Counted from the stretch's first letter, positions 36,497 to 46,210 are shown. The stretch: 64,000 nt of DNA from Gemmatimonadaceae bacterium (GCA_045803545.1 JBJMOW010000005.1:1056001-1120000); one strand, 5' to 3'. Numbers and translations are program-made. Notes: generated by a model not told the origin, from the letters alone.

Positions 36497-36823
36497 ATGG
36501 GAGAAGCTGCCGCAAAGCGAGTCGACGCGATGCCTACCTTTCAGGTGGCGCACCTGCGACACGGGGATCAGGACATGGTCATCGTGCCGGTAGACCGCGC
36601 TTTTGGCAAGCGATCTACCACCGAGCAGGCGCGCATTCAAGAAGCGTTTCAGCGCAGCGCCAGTGCGGCAAACCTTCCGGGAGTGGTTGTCCTGGTGTGG
36701 GAGGATTCCGCCGGGAAGATGGCCCATCGCGCGCCGCCGACACTCAACGACTTCCTCAAGAGCATAGACATGGTCTATGTCGCAACGGCGCTCAATCGCA
36801 CACTGAGTTTGGAAACGCGCTGA
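36497..36823 (+). CDS. Small hypothetical protein (start may be 36530)
   Basis: Plausible alpha/beta sequence FQVAHLRHGDQDMVIVPVD..LPGVVVLVWED; followed by a GC hairpin. Confidence 0.7.
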   Translation: MGEAAAKRVDAMPTFQVAHLRHGDQDMVIVPVDRAFGKRSTTEQARIQEAFQRSASAANLPGVVVLVWEDSAGKMAHRAPPTLNDFLKSIDMVYVATALNRTLSLETR

Positions 36824-36851
36824 TACTCGCGCGTCCGGACCGCGGACGCGC

Positions 36852-37604
36852 GTGAAGTTCAAGGACCACTTCTCAAATCGCGCTGCGCAGTACGCGACCT
36901 TTCGGCCGCACTATCCGAAATCGCTCTTCAGCTACCTGGTTACGCTATGCCGGCACCACGATTTTGCTCTCGATTGCGGGACGGGTAACGGTCAGGCGGC
37001 GGTCGAGATCGCGGAGCACTTTTCGCGCGTCATCGCCACGGACCCAAGCTCGGCGCAAATCGAGAAAGCGACCCGCCGCCGAAATATCGAGTACCGAGTC
37101 GCTCGCGCCGAGGACAGCGGTCTGGCGGCGCGGTCGGTAGATCTGGTTACAGCAGCCCAGGCGCTGCATTGGTTCGACGCTCCCGCATTCTTCGCCGAGG
37201 CAACACGTGTTTTAAAACGCGATGGTGCGATCGCTGTCTTTGGGTATGGCGATCCGATGCTCGACACTCGTCCGTTGCAGGACATACTGCACGAGTTCAA
37301 CCGCGGAAAGCTCGAGCCGTATTGGGCCGGCGAGCGACAGACACTGCTCGACGGTTATCGCACCGTCGAATTTCCATTCGTCGAGCTCACGTCACCCGAG
37401 TTTGAGCTGCGCGTTACGTGGACGTTCGATCAGCTTCTCGGATACCTGCGCACGTGGTCATCGACCGCGAGATACATCGAGCAGCACGGTGTCGATCCCG
37501 TAGCAACCGTCCAGCCCACTCTCGCGGCAGAATGGGGTGATGCCGATCGAGCCCGCATCATCCGTTGGCCGATATATCTCCGCGCCGGGAAAGTGCGTGA
37601 TTGA
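36852..37604 (+). CDS. Class I SAM-dependent methyltransferase
   Basis: FKDHFS..A.QYA.FRP.YP, LDCGTGNGQ, VDLVTAAQALHWFD. Confidence 0.95.
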   Translation: MKFKDHFSNRAAQYATFRPHYPKSLFSYLVTLCRHHDFALDCGTGNGQAAVEIAEHFSRVIATDPSSAQIEKATRRRNIEYRVARAEDSGLAARSVDLVTAAQALHWFDAPAFFAEATRVLKRDGAIAVFGYGDPMLDTRPLQDILHEFNRGKLEPYWAGERQTLLDGYRTVEFPFVELTSPEFELRVTWTFDQLLGYLRTWSSTARYIEQHGVDPVATVQPTLAAEWGDADRARIIRWPIYLRAGKVRD

Positions 37605-37644
37605 AGCGGTTGAAACCCGTCGTAGGCCCTGTGATACTGCGAGC

Positions 37645-38952
37645 ATGACCAAAAACAAGCTCGTCGCCCCGCGCGCAGCGATGCACGTTGCCGTCGTCGC
37701 GATCGTAACATTTCCAGGCGCCCCTCGAGCGCTCGCGCAGCACGAGCACCACGCCATGCAGATGGGTGCATCGGACACATCGGTGAGTGCACCAGTCAAG
37801 CCGACGCGTCCCGTTGCCGACTCCGCCGTCGTCGCCGATTCCCTCCTCTCGCTGTGCAAGCCGCGCCGAGCTGAGTCGACGGACAGCTACGCCACATGCA
37901 TCGGCGATGGAATCGGCGCATTATCGTCCGCCGGCAACATTGCGCTGGCGATGGGAGCGCTCGACAAGGTCGTGCACGATGACCCATCGCTGATTCTGGT
38001 CAGCCATCCACTCGCGCATGCGCTCGGCTACGCGGTGCGGTCGACTCCGGCAACTGCGACGCGACTGTTGTCGCAGTGTGACGACCGGTATCAGTCAGGA
38101 TGCTATCACGGCATCCTGCAGCGCTACTTCGACGCGCGAATGGGAATGCCGATCTCTCAGAGCTTTCTCACCGCGCCGTGTGATGGGCTGCGCGGCACCG
38201 CCGACCAATTCCGGCTATTCGATTGCCTGCACGGGACGGGTCACGGCCTGATGATGTACCACGGCTACGATGTGAATGCATCGCTGCACGACTGCGATCG
38301 CCTGTCGTCAACGTGGGATCAACGGAGTTGCTGGAGTGGCGTGTTCATGGAGCACAACATGGGCGCGCGGATGATGGTGTTTGGTGACGGTAAGTTCGGC
38401 ATGCACCGCCACTCGATGCCCTCCGGATCGGTCGTGCTGTTTCGACCGAAGGATCTTCATTTTCCATGCGACTCCACAGCGGCGAAGTATCGCTACGCCT
38501 GTTACGAGCTCCAGTCGGATCTGATTCTGCCTGCGGTGCAGCAGGACTACAGGAAAGCAGGAGCGGTCTGCGACGACGCCGGCTCGCCTCAGCTCGTCGC
38601 GTTCTGCTATGTGGGATTGGGAAGAAACGCGTCGGGCGCATCCGCATTTCAGTACAACGGAATCAAGAAACGTTGTACGCTGGCTTCATCCTTCGGTGAG
38701 CCATTCTGCTATCAGGGTGCGGTTCGCCACCTGGCATATGCTCCCAGCGAGCTGCCGCGCGGCGTCGGCTTTTGCAAATCGTTTCCGGCTGGCGACAATC
38801 GGGTGCATTGCTGGAATGGCATTGGACAACAAATCGCCGGGTTCTTCGCGGACCTGCCCGCAAGAAGACGCGCCTGCCAAACTGAATCAACCGACGATGT
38901 CGCTGCGTGTCTCGTCGGCGCAGGCGCCAATACTGTAGCGCACGAAGAGTAG
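37645..38952 (+). CDS. Secreted Cys/His-rich helical repeat protein of unknown function
   Basis: Signal peptide (ALA|QHEHH); repeats SHPLAHALG, GCYHG, CLHGTGHG, CWSGVFME, CYVGLG, CYQGAV, CWNGIG. Confidence 0.75.
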   Translation: MTKNKLVAPRAAMHVAVVAIVTFPGAPRALAQHEHHAMQMGASDTSVSAPVKPTRPVADSAVVADSLLSLCKPRRAESTDSYATCIGDGIGALSSAGNIALAMGALDKVVHDDPSLILVSHPLAHALGYAVRSTPATATRLLSQCDDRYQSGCYHGILQRYFDARMGMPISQSFLTAPCDGLRGTADQFRLFDCLHGTGHGLMMYHGYDVNASLHDCDRLSSTWDQRSCWSGVFMEHNMGARMMVFGDGKFGMHRHSMPSGSVVLFRPKDLHFPCDSTAAKYRYACYELQSDLILPAVQQDYRKAGAVCDDAGSPQLVAFCYVGLGRNASGASAFQYNGIKKRCTLASSFGEPFCYQGAVRHLAYAPSELPRGVGFCKSFPAGDNRVHCWNGIGQQIAGFFADLPARRRACQTESTDDVAACLVGAGANTVAHEE

Positions 38953-39087
38953 AGTTATGGGCTTTGGCGCGCCTGCAACGGGCTACCATTGCTCGAATCC
39001 GGTGCGCGAATTGCCTGATCAGTTAACGGTCGCGCTCCAATTCAGTGGCGTGGTGCGTAATTGAAGAGTGCAATTGTCGAGGCTGCA

Positions 39088-39755
39088 ATGACAGAAAAAC
39101 GCTGTTCCGTCCGGCTGCTGGTGTTCGGCGCATCGCTGCGCGAGGGATCGATGAACGACAAACTCGCGTCGCTCGCGGCTCAGGTGGCCGAGGAAAAGGG
39201 CGCGACCGTCGATCGCGCAACGATGAGTGATTTCGAATGCCCCGCGTACGATCTGGATGTCGAGGTCGGGACTGGTCTGCCTAGCGGCGCCCAGGCACTA
39301 CACGACAAACTCATTGCGAGCGACGGATTCATCATCGCCTCGCCTGAATACAACGCGTCGATGCCGGGCGTGCTCAAAAACACCATCGACTGGGTCTCAC
39401 GCTTTCATCCGCAGCCCTTGAACGGCAAGCAGGGACTGCTGGTCGCGGCGTCACCGTCGATGACGGCGGCAAGATTGGCCTGTGGGCGCTCCGGCAGCCG
39501 CTCGAACACCTTGGCGCCCGCATCTATCCCGACATGTTTGCGCTGGCGCAGGCGCATCATGCGTTCGACGACGCCGGCCGAATCGCCGATGGCAAGCTGC
39601 AAACCTGGTTCGAGTCGACAATCGATTGCTTCATCGATCTGGTGGAAGCGTCGAAGCACTACCCGAATCTCAAGAAACAGTGGGTCGAGTTTCTCGGCGA
39701 AAAACCAGACGAGGAGACGACTCGCGTCGAGCTTGGAGAAACTGCCGCAGTCTAA
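39088..39755 (+). pseudogene. NADPH-dependent FMN reductase, frameshifted near 39465 (real lesion or sequencing error)
   Basis: ASLREGSMN, SPEYNASMPGVLKNTIDWVSR, ASPSMT in one frame; continuation GGKIGLWALRQPLEHLGARIYPDMFALAQAH in another; one base missing at ATGACGGCGGC. Confidence 0.8.
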
Positions 39756-39769
39756 CGCGGGAGAACCGT

Positions 39770-40726
39770 TTGCAAAAGCGACAGATTGGATCGCTCGAAG
39801 TATCGATCGTCGGTATCGGCTGCAATAATTTTGGTGGCCGTATCGACGAGGCGCGCACTCGCGAAGTCATCGACGCAGCGCTCGATGAGGGCGTCAACTT
39901 TTTCGACACCGCCGACATGTACGCCGAGGGTCGCAGCGAGGAGCTGATCGGCAAGTTCCTCGGGCCACGTCGTGGTGACGTGATCATCGCTACGAAATTC
40001 GGCAACGAAATGCCTGGTCAAGGCAGCGGCGCCCGACCGAAATACGTGAGGAAGGCGATCGAAGCGAGTCTGCGCCGCATGCGCACCGTCTACATCGATT
40101 TGTACCAGCAACACGTGCCGGATCCTGATGTTCCGATCGCCGAAACGCTCGGGGCGCTCGACGATCTGGTAAAGGCTGGAAAAGTGCGCGAGATCGGCTG
40201 CTCCAATTTTTCCGCGGAACACATTCGACAGGCTCAGGCGGCGTCGCGTCGCAAGCGAGGATCAGCGCGTTTCGTGAGCGTGCAGAACGAGTACAGTCTT
40301 TTGCATCGCGTGCCGGAAGAAGGCGTGCTCGACGAGTGCGAGCGCGAAGGACTCGCGTTCCTGCCCTTCTTCCCGCTCAAGAGTGGGCTTCTGACTGGGA
40401 AATATCGCCGGGGTCAGCCGATACCTGAGGGCACCCGCGTCGCCAAATACGAACGCTATCGGAAAATGTTGACCGCCGAAAACATCGAGAAAGTCGAGGC
40501 CCTAATCAATTACGCGCAGTCCAAGGGGCACACTATTCTCGATTTGGCGATCTCCTGGTTGCTGGCGCATCGACCGGTAGCGTCGGTGATCGCAGGCGTT
40601 AGCTCCGCCGAGCAAGTGCGCGCCAACGTGCGTGCCGCGGGCTGGGAGCTCACCTCGCAGAATCTCGAAGAAATTGACGCAGCTCTCGGTTTAGTAGGGA
40701 AAGGAGTAGCGCGAGTGTCTGCATAA
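39770..40726 (+). CDS. Aldo/keto reductase
   Basis: GIGCNNFG, FFDTADMY, IATKFG, IDLYQQH.PD, GKVREIGCSNF, QNEYSLL; TTG start after GGAGA. Confidence 0.95.
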   Translation: MQKRQIGSLEVSIVGIGCNNFGGRIDEARTREVIDAALDEGVNFFDTADMYAEGRSEELIGKFLGPRRGDVIIATKFGNEMPGQGSGARPKYVRKAIEASLRRMRTVYIDLYQQHVPDPDVPIAETLGALDDLVKAGKVREIGCSNFSAEHIRQAQAASRRKRGSARFVSVQNEYSLLHRVPEEGVLDECEREGLAFLPFFPLKSGLLTGKYRRGQPIPEGTRVAKYERYRKMLTAENIEKVEALINYAQSKGHTILDLAISWLLAHRPVASVIAGVSSAEQVRANVRAAGWELTSQNLEEIDAALGLVGKGVARVSA

Positions 40727-40800
40727 CGTTCTCACCGCCCGGAGAGCGAGTACTAATCAAGACGGGCGGATTTCACGAAGCACGCACAAACGGAGAAACC

Positions 40801-41355
40801 ATGAAGAACAGATTCTTTGCTTTACTTGGAGCTGGAGCGCTGATTGCCGTCTCCTCCAGCGCACAGGCGCAGTACGGCAGCTACAACCCGTTCGAGATCG
40901 GCGCGTCGGGCGGTATCGCGTTCCCGACCGGCGATCTGGGAACCGGCACCAACACCGGCTACAACATCGCGCTGGTGGTCGGATATCGGCCGCACCTCAC
41001 GCCGTTCGCGATCCGTGGTGAGGCCGCCTACAACGCGTTTGGCTGTCAGAACACAGTCGGTTGCGACAACATCAACATCCCCGCGTTCACGGGCAACATC
41101 GAAGTCGGTCTGCCACTGGGAATGTCTTTCTCTCCCTACGTGATCGGTGGCGCGGGCCTCTATCGCCCGAGTGCGGATTTTGGCAACGCCGGATCGACCA
41201 GCGCCGAGAACAAGTTCGGCTGGAACATCGGCGGTGGCGTCAACATTCCGTTCAGTAGCAGCTTCAAGACGTTCATCGAAGCGCGATACCACAGCGTCAA
41301 CATGAATCCCGGAACGTTCAGCTTTGTACCGCTGACGTTTGGTGTCCTGTTCTAA
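40801..41355 (+). CDS. Outer-membrane beta-barrel protein (OmpA/OmpW-like, 8-stranded)
   Basis: Signal peptide, SPYVIGGAG, FGWNIGGG, FIEARY, terminal Phe. Confidence 0.88.
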   Translation: MKNRFFALLGAGALIAVSSSAQAQYGSYNPFEIGASGGIAFPTGDLGTGTNTGYNIALVVGYRPHLTPFAIRGEAAYNAFGCQNTVGCDNINIPAFTGNIEVGLPLGMSFSPYVIGGAGLYRPSADFGNAGSTSAENKFGWNIGGGVNIPFSSSFKTFIEARYHSVNMNPGTFSFVPLTFGVLF

Positions 41356-41368
41356 CGCTTGCGCAAAC

Positions 41369-41403
41369 AAAAAGGCCAGCCGGTAGTCGGCTGGCCTTTT
41401 TTT
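41369..41403. terminator. Bidirectional intrinsic terminator
   Basis: AAAAAGGCCAGCCG-gtagt-CGGCTGGCCTTTTTTT between convergent genes. Confidence 0.9.
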
Positions 41404-41417
41404 GTTCTGTTACTGAT

Positions 41418-42611
41418 TTACTGGACCGCGTTGATCATGTCGAAGATCGGCAGATACATCGCCACCACCATGCCGCCGACCACCACGCCGAGGAAGACGA
41501 TCATGATCGGCTCGAGGAGGGACAGCAGGTTGCTGACGGCTGCGTCGACTTCTTCATCGTAGAAGTCGGCGATCTTGGAAAGCATTTCGTCCAGACCACC
41601 GGTTTGCTCACCGACTGCGATCATCGAGATAACCATCGGCGGGAACACTTTCGACTTTTGCAGAGGTTGCGCGATCGTATCACCGCCGGCAATCGACGCT
41701 CTTGAGTCCATAATCGCGTCCTGAATGACGCGGTTGCCGGCCGTCTTCGCTGTGATTTCGAGGCCCTCGAGAATGCTGACACCGGAGCTGATCAACGTAC
41801 CGAGCGTACGGGTAAAGCGTGACACCGCCGACTTGCGGAGCACGTCACCGAGGACCGGCATCTTCAGCATCAAACGGTCGATAGCCAGCTTACCGTTGGA
41901 GGTCGCGTAGTACTTCTTCAAGAAGTAGCCGGCGGCCGCGCCGATGGCGAGCACCATCCACCAGTAGCTCTTGAGAAAGCGCGAGGCGCCGATGACGATA
42001 CGTGTCGGCAGAGGCAGCGCGAGTCCCACTGAAGCAAACATGCCTTCGAATACCGGGATGACGAAAATCAGCAGCACCACGATTGCAATTGCCGCGACGC
42101 TCATGATGACTGTAGGATAGATCATCGCGCCCTTCACCTTTCTCACCAGGGCGTCGTTCTTTTCAAGGAACGTCGCCAGACGCATCAGAATGGTGTCGAG
42201 AATACCACCGGCTTCACCGGCGGCGACCATGTTCACGTACAAGTTGGTGAACGCGCGTGGGTGTTTTGAAAGGGCGTCGGCGACTGTATTACCGGACTCG
42301 ACGTCGAATACCACTTTCTTGGTGACTTCAGCCAGCGCTTTGTTGTCGGTTTGCTCGGCGAGAATCGTGAGGGCTTGCACCAGCGGCAAGCCCGAGTTGA
42401 TCATCGTCGAGAACTGACGGGTGAAGATGACGACGTCGCGGGTCTTGATCGAGCCGCGGCCGATCTTCGCGGATCCGCCCTGATCGATTTTGACTACGCT
42501 GAGGCGCTGCTTACGGAGTTGTGCAATAACGTCATCGCGAGAGGCAGCGTCGATCGTCGCAGTGCGAAGATCGCCATTGAATGCTCTCGCGGTATAAGTG
42601 AACGAAGCCAT
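41418..42611 (-). CDS. pilC: Type IV pilus platform protein (T2SSF family)
   Basis: FTRQFSTMINSGLPL, AGEAGGILD, KVKGAMIYP, FPPMVISMIAVGEQTGGLD, MYLPIF. Confidence 0.95.
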   Translation of the reverse strand: MASFTYTARAFNGDLRTATIDAASRDDVIAQLRKQRLSVVKIDQGGSAKIGRGSIKTRDVVIFTRQFSTMINSGLPLVQALTILAEQTDNKALAEVTKKVVFDVESGNTVADALSKHPRAFTNLYVNMVAAGEAGGILDTILMRLATFLEKNDALVRKVKGAMIYPTVIMSVAAIAIVVLLIFVIPVFEGMFASVGLALPLPTRIVIGASRFLKSYWWMVLAIGAAAGYFLKKYYATSNGKLAIDRLMLKMPVLGDVLRKSAVSRFTRTLGTLISSGVSILEGLEITAKTAGNRVIQDAIMDSRASIAGGDTIAQPLQKSKVFPPMVISMIAVGEQTGGLDEMLSKIADFYDEEVDAAVSNLLSLLEPIMIVFLGVVVGGMVVAMYLPIFDMINAVQ

Positions 42612-42625
42612 TAACTAACCCTCTT

Positions 42626-43831
42626 TTAACGTCTGGCCGGCGAACCGGCTCCTGGCCGGGCAGTCGCCGGTTTGGCGCCTCCAGGCTTACCACTTCCATC
42701 ATCATCCGTCGGCAGCTGTCCGATCATGCGCTGGAACTCGGTCGGATCACCGCTCACGCGCAGGCACTCCTCAGCCGTAACTTCCCGCGCCATGTACAGT
42801 TGATAAAGCGCATCGTTGAGCGTCTGCATGCCAAATTTCTTACCCGCCTGCATCGACGAGTAGATCTGGTGAACTTTGTCGTCGCGAATGAGGGCGCGAA
42901 TGGCCGGGGTGACTACGAGAATCTCAGCTGCCATGACACGACCGCGGCCGCTCGCCTTAGGTAACAGTGTCTGAGTGACGATTCCCTCGAGCACGAAAGC
43001 CAGCTGGGCTCTGACCTGCGACTGCTGGTGGGACGGGAACACGTCGATGATACGGTTGATCGCTTCTGCCGCGGAGTTGGTGTGCAAGGTGGCGAATGCG
43101 AGGTGACCTGTTTCGGCGATAGTCAGCGTCGCTGCGATCGTCTCCAGGTCGCGCATTTCACCTACCAGAATAATGTCGGGGTCTTCACGCAGCGCGTATT
43201 TCAGAGCGTTGGCGAACGACTTGGTGTCGCTGCCGATTTCGCGCTGGTTGATGATGCAGCTCTGGTGCTTGTGAATGAATTCGATCGGGTCTTCGACGGT
43301 GATGATATGGCCTTTGCGCTCGCGGTTGATCTTGTCGATCATCGCGGCGAGTGTCGTCGACTTACCAGAACCCGTCGGGCCGGTGACTAGCACCAGGCCG
43401 CGCGGCTTCTCCGCCATTTTGGCGATCGAGCCGGGCAGGCCGAGCTGATCGAAGGTCTTGATCGCAAACGGAATCTGACGAACTACCATCGAGACGCAGC
43501 CGCGCTGCTTGAAGACGTTGCCACGGAATCGCGCGAGGTTCTGAATACCGAACGAGAAGTCCAGCTCGTCCTCGAGCTCAAAACGCTTCTTTTGCTGTTC
43601 GGTGAGAACTGAATAGGCGAGCTGGAGGGTGTCTTTCGGGTTGAGCTCGTACTCGGCAGTCGCATTGGTGATGTCACCATCGACGCGCAGCTTTGGCTTT
43701 TCGCCGGCGACGATGTGAAGATCAGATGCGTTGCGCGAGACCATCTCCTCGAGAAGCGCGCGAAGGTTGATTCCCGCCGCCGGCTTCGGCGGTCCGGACG
43801 GGGACGAGGTATCAATGAACGGTAAAGTCAT
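42626..43831 (-). CDS. pilT: Type IV pilus retraction ATPase
   Basis: GPTGSGKSTT, EDPIEF, LREDPD..LVGEMRD, AETGH, TLHT, AIRALIRDDK, GMQT. Confidence 0.96.
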   Translation of the reverse strand: MTLPFIDTSSPSGPPKPAAGINLRALLEEMVSRNASDLHIVAGEKPKLRVDGDITNATAEYELNPKDTLQLAYSVLTEQQKKRFELEDELDFSFGIQNLARFRGNVFKQRGCVSMVVRQIPFAIKTFDQLGLPGSIAKMAEKPRGLVLVTGPTGSGKSTTLAAMIDKINRERKGHIITVEDPIEFIHKHQSCIINQREIGSDTKSFANALKYALREDPDIILVGEMRDLETIAATLTIAETGHLAFATLHTNSAAEAINRIIDVFPSHQQSQVRAQLAFVLEGIVTQTLLPKASGRGRVMAAEILVVTPAIRALIRDDKVHQIYSSMQAGKKFGMQTLNDALYQLYMAREVTAEECLRVSGDPTEFQRMIGQLPTDDDGSGKPGGAKPATARPGAGSPARR

Positions 43832-43834
43832 CGT

Positions 43835-45679
43835 TTAATGGTGATGCGTGGTGTGTGAATCAGCCGCTGTCTCGCGGACGACTTGCTCAAGAGTGGTAAT
43901 TCCTTTGAGGACCTTCAGCCAACCGTCCATGCGGAGCGTTAGCATCCCTTCCTCAATGGCTGCCTTCTGAATCTCAGCCGCGCCGGCGCTCTGCATGATC
44001 AGCTTTCTGACGCGCGGCGTCAGATTAAGGACTTCGTATAGTCCCTGACGGCCACGAAGTCCGCTTCCCTCGCACTGCTCGCAGCCTTTGCCGCGGAAGA
44101 TCGGAATGTCTTCCATCTTGGTGTCGAGGGTAAGGCGTTCCATGTACGGCTTGGCAGCGTCGCTGGCGCGTACCTTCGCGTCGTTGAGCGCCATGTCCGT
44201 GAACTTCATGTCGCGGAGTGTGACGCCGCCACCCACTTTCGCTGCTGAGGCTTCGGCCTCATCCATCTTGTAGGCTTCGCCGCAATTCTTACAAACGCGA
44301 CGCACCAGACGTTGAGCGAGCACCAGATTGAGTGCCGATGCAACGTTGAAGGGCTCGAGACCCATGTCGATCAAACGGGTCACCGTTTCCGGCGCCGAGT
44401 TGGTGTGCAACGTCGAGAGCACGAGGTGACCGGTGAGTGCGGCCTTGATGGCGATACCACCGGTTTCGAGGTCTCGAATTTCTCCCAACATGATGATGTT
44501 GGGGTCCTGACGAAGGAATGCTTTCAGCGCGGCCGCGAAGGTCATTCCGATCTCGGTTCTCACCAGCACCTGGTTGATGCCGAAGAGGTTGTATTCGACC
44601 GGGTCCTCGGCCGTCATGATGTTGACGTCGATGTTGTTGATCTTTGACAGCGCTGAGTAAAGCGTGGTCGTTTTACCAGAACCGGTCGGACCGGTGACGA
44701 GCACCATTCCATAAGGGTTCGAGATCGCTTCCATTAGCTCCCGCTCTGCGCGCGGCTCGATGCCGAAGGTGCTCAGATCAAGCGACAGGTTGCCCTTGTC
44801 GAGAATACGGAGCACGACTTTTTCGCCGAACAGCGTCGGCAGCGTCGAGACACGGAAGTCGATGACCTTGCTGCCGATCTTCAGCTTGATACGGCCGTCC
44901 TGCGGAACTCGACGCTCGGCGATGTTCAGGTTCGCCATGATCTTGAAGCGTGAGATTAGCGCGGGACGCATCTTGATCGGCGGCTTCATGATCTCCTGGA
45001 GCGCACCGTCGATGCGGTAGCGGACGCGGAGCTCCTTCTCGAAGCACTCGAAATGAATATCCGACGCGCCCTTTCTTAGCGCGTCGGTCATGATTGCGTT
45101 GATAAGCTTGACGACGGGCGCTTCGTCGATGAGGGCGCCACCGGCGTTGTCGGCTGCCGATTCGTTCTCACTCTCGAGAATCTCGATATCGTCGTCGTCA
45201 TCGATCTCGGCGAGGAGGTTCTCCATCTGGGCTTCGCCCGATGAGTAGAACTTCTCGATCGCGTTGCGGAGCGTGAACTCGCCGGCAATTACCGGGAAGA
45301 TGTCGAGACGGGTGATGAACTTGATGTCGTCGAGCACCGACATCGTCGCCGGATCCGACATGGCGACGGTGAGAGTGCGACCGTCGCGCTTGAGCGGGAG
45401 AACGTTGTGCTTGAGCGCCAGCTCACCGGGAATGAGCTTCGCAATGCGTCCATCGACCTGGAACTTGGTGAGGTCGACAGCGGGCATTTTGTGCTGACGA
45501 GCAAGCATTCTGGTGAGGTCGGTTTCCTTTACGAAACCGAGCTTGACCAGGTTATAGCCGACTCTAGTGCCGTTGTGTCTCTGTTCCTGGAGAGCCTTAT
45601 TGAGCTGATCCTGAGTGATCAGCCCTTCTCTCAGCAGCAGATCGCCGATCCTCGGCGTTTTCGCGGCAGGTGCTGTCAA
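43835..45679 (-). CDS. pilB: Type IV pilus assembly ATPase
   Basis: N-terminal MshEN-like RIGDLLLREGLI; ASDIH, ERRVPQDGR, GPTGSGKTTT, LRQDPN..GEIRD, CxxC...CxxC. Confidence 0.95.
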   Translation of the reverse strand: MTAPAAKTPRIGDLLLREGLITQDQLNKALQEQRHNGTRVGYNLVKLGFVKETDLTRMLARQHKMPAVDLTKFQVDGRIAKLIPGELALKHNVLPLKRDGRTLTVAMSDPATMSVLDDIKFITRLDIFPVIAGEFTLRNAIEKFYSSGEAQMENLLAEIDDDDDIEILESENESAADNAGGALIDEAPVVKLINAIMTDALRKGASDIHFECFEKELRVRYRIDGALQEIMKPPIKMRPALISRFKIMANLNIAERRVPQDGRIKLKIGSKVIDFRVSTLPTLFGEKVVLRILDKGNLSLDLSTFGIEPRAERELMEAISNPYGMVLVTGPTGSGKTTTLYSALSKINNIDVNIMTAEDPVEYNLFGINQVLVRTEIGMTFAAALKAFLRQDPNIIMLGEIRDLETGGIAIKAALTGHLVLSTLHTNSAPETVTRLIDMGLEPFNVASALNLVLAQRLVRRVCKNCGEAYKMDEAEASAAKVGGGVTLRDMKFTDMALNDAKVRASDAAKPYMERLTLDTKMEDIPIFRGKGCEQCEGSGLRGRQGLYEVLNLTPRVRKLIMQSAGAAEIQKAAIEEGMLTLRMDGWLKVLKGITTLEQVVRETAADSHTTHHH

Positions 45680-46182
45680 GGACGCGGGTCCCTCCGGTGC
45701 GGCTTCCTGCGTGCTTTCAGCACTTCGGATGGCCTGGGTATGACTGTGTTGGTAGGACGCGGGACCAATGAGAAGGTTACGGCAGAGTCCAGTTTTTCTA
45801 CCATAGAGGGTCCGACACCTTTCACCCTCCGCAAACCTTCGAGAGATCCGAACGGGCCGAACGAATCTCGGTCCGCTACAATGCGCTTGGCGAGCGCTGG
45901 ACCGACGTTCCGGAGCGCGACAATCTCCTCGACCGTTGCGATGTCGAGATCGACCCGCCCTTTTGGCGCAGGTGGGCGCTTCTTCGCTTTATCTCGCTTC
46001 GACTTACGCAGGCCGGATTTGCGCGCCGAATCGGCAGCTTTGATCTGGGATTCGAGCGCTGATCGCGCCTTTGCATCGACTGGACTAGAGCCGTGAAGCG
46101 CACGAATCGCCCTGCCTGAAGCGCCTAAAACAAGGACGATCGAGAAGAAAAGAAGTGCCTTTCGCTCGGCGGGTGTCGGCAT
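45676..46182 (-). CDS. comEA: ComEA-like helix-hairpin-helix DNA-binding protein
   Basis: N-terminal TM; VDLDIAT.EE..ALRNVGPALAKRIV..R...GPF.S.E.L.RVKGVG. Confidence 0.8.
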   Translation of the reverse strand: MPTPAERKALLFFSIVLVLGASGRAIRALHGSSPVDAKARSALESQIKAADSARKSGLRKSKRDKAKKRPPAPKGRVDLDIATVEEIVALRNVGPALAKRIVADRDSFGPFGSLEGLRRVKGVGPSMVEKLDSAVTFSLVPRPTNTVIPRPSEVLKARRKPHRRDPRP

Positions 46183-46210
46183 GATCCGACCCTAGCCGTG
46201 CAAGCACTTT

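Noticed and set aside
37645..38952. Multiheme cytochrome
   Set aside because: Many Cys and His but no CxxCH motif.
39482..39769. N-terminal extension of the aldo/keto reductase ORF
   Set aside because: Overlaps the frameshifted FMN reductase C-terminus; AKR motifs start at about 39770.
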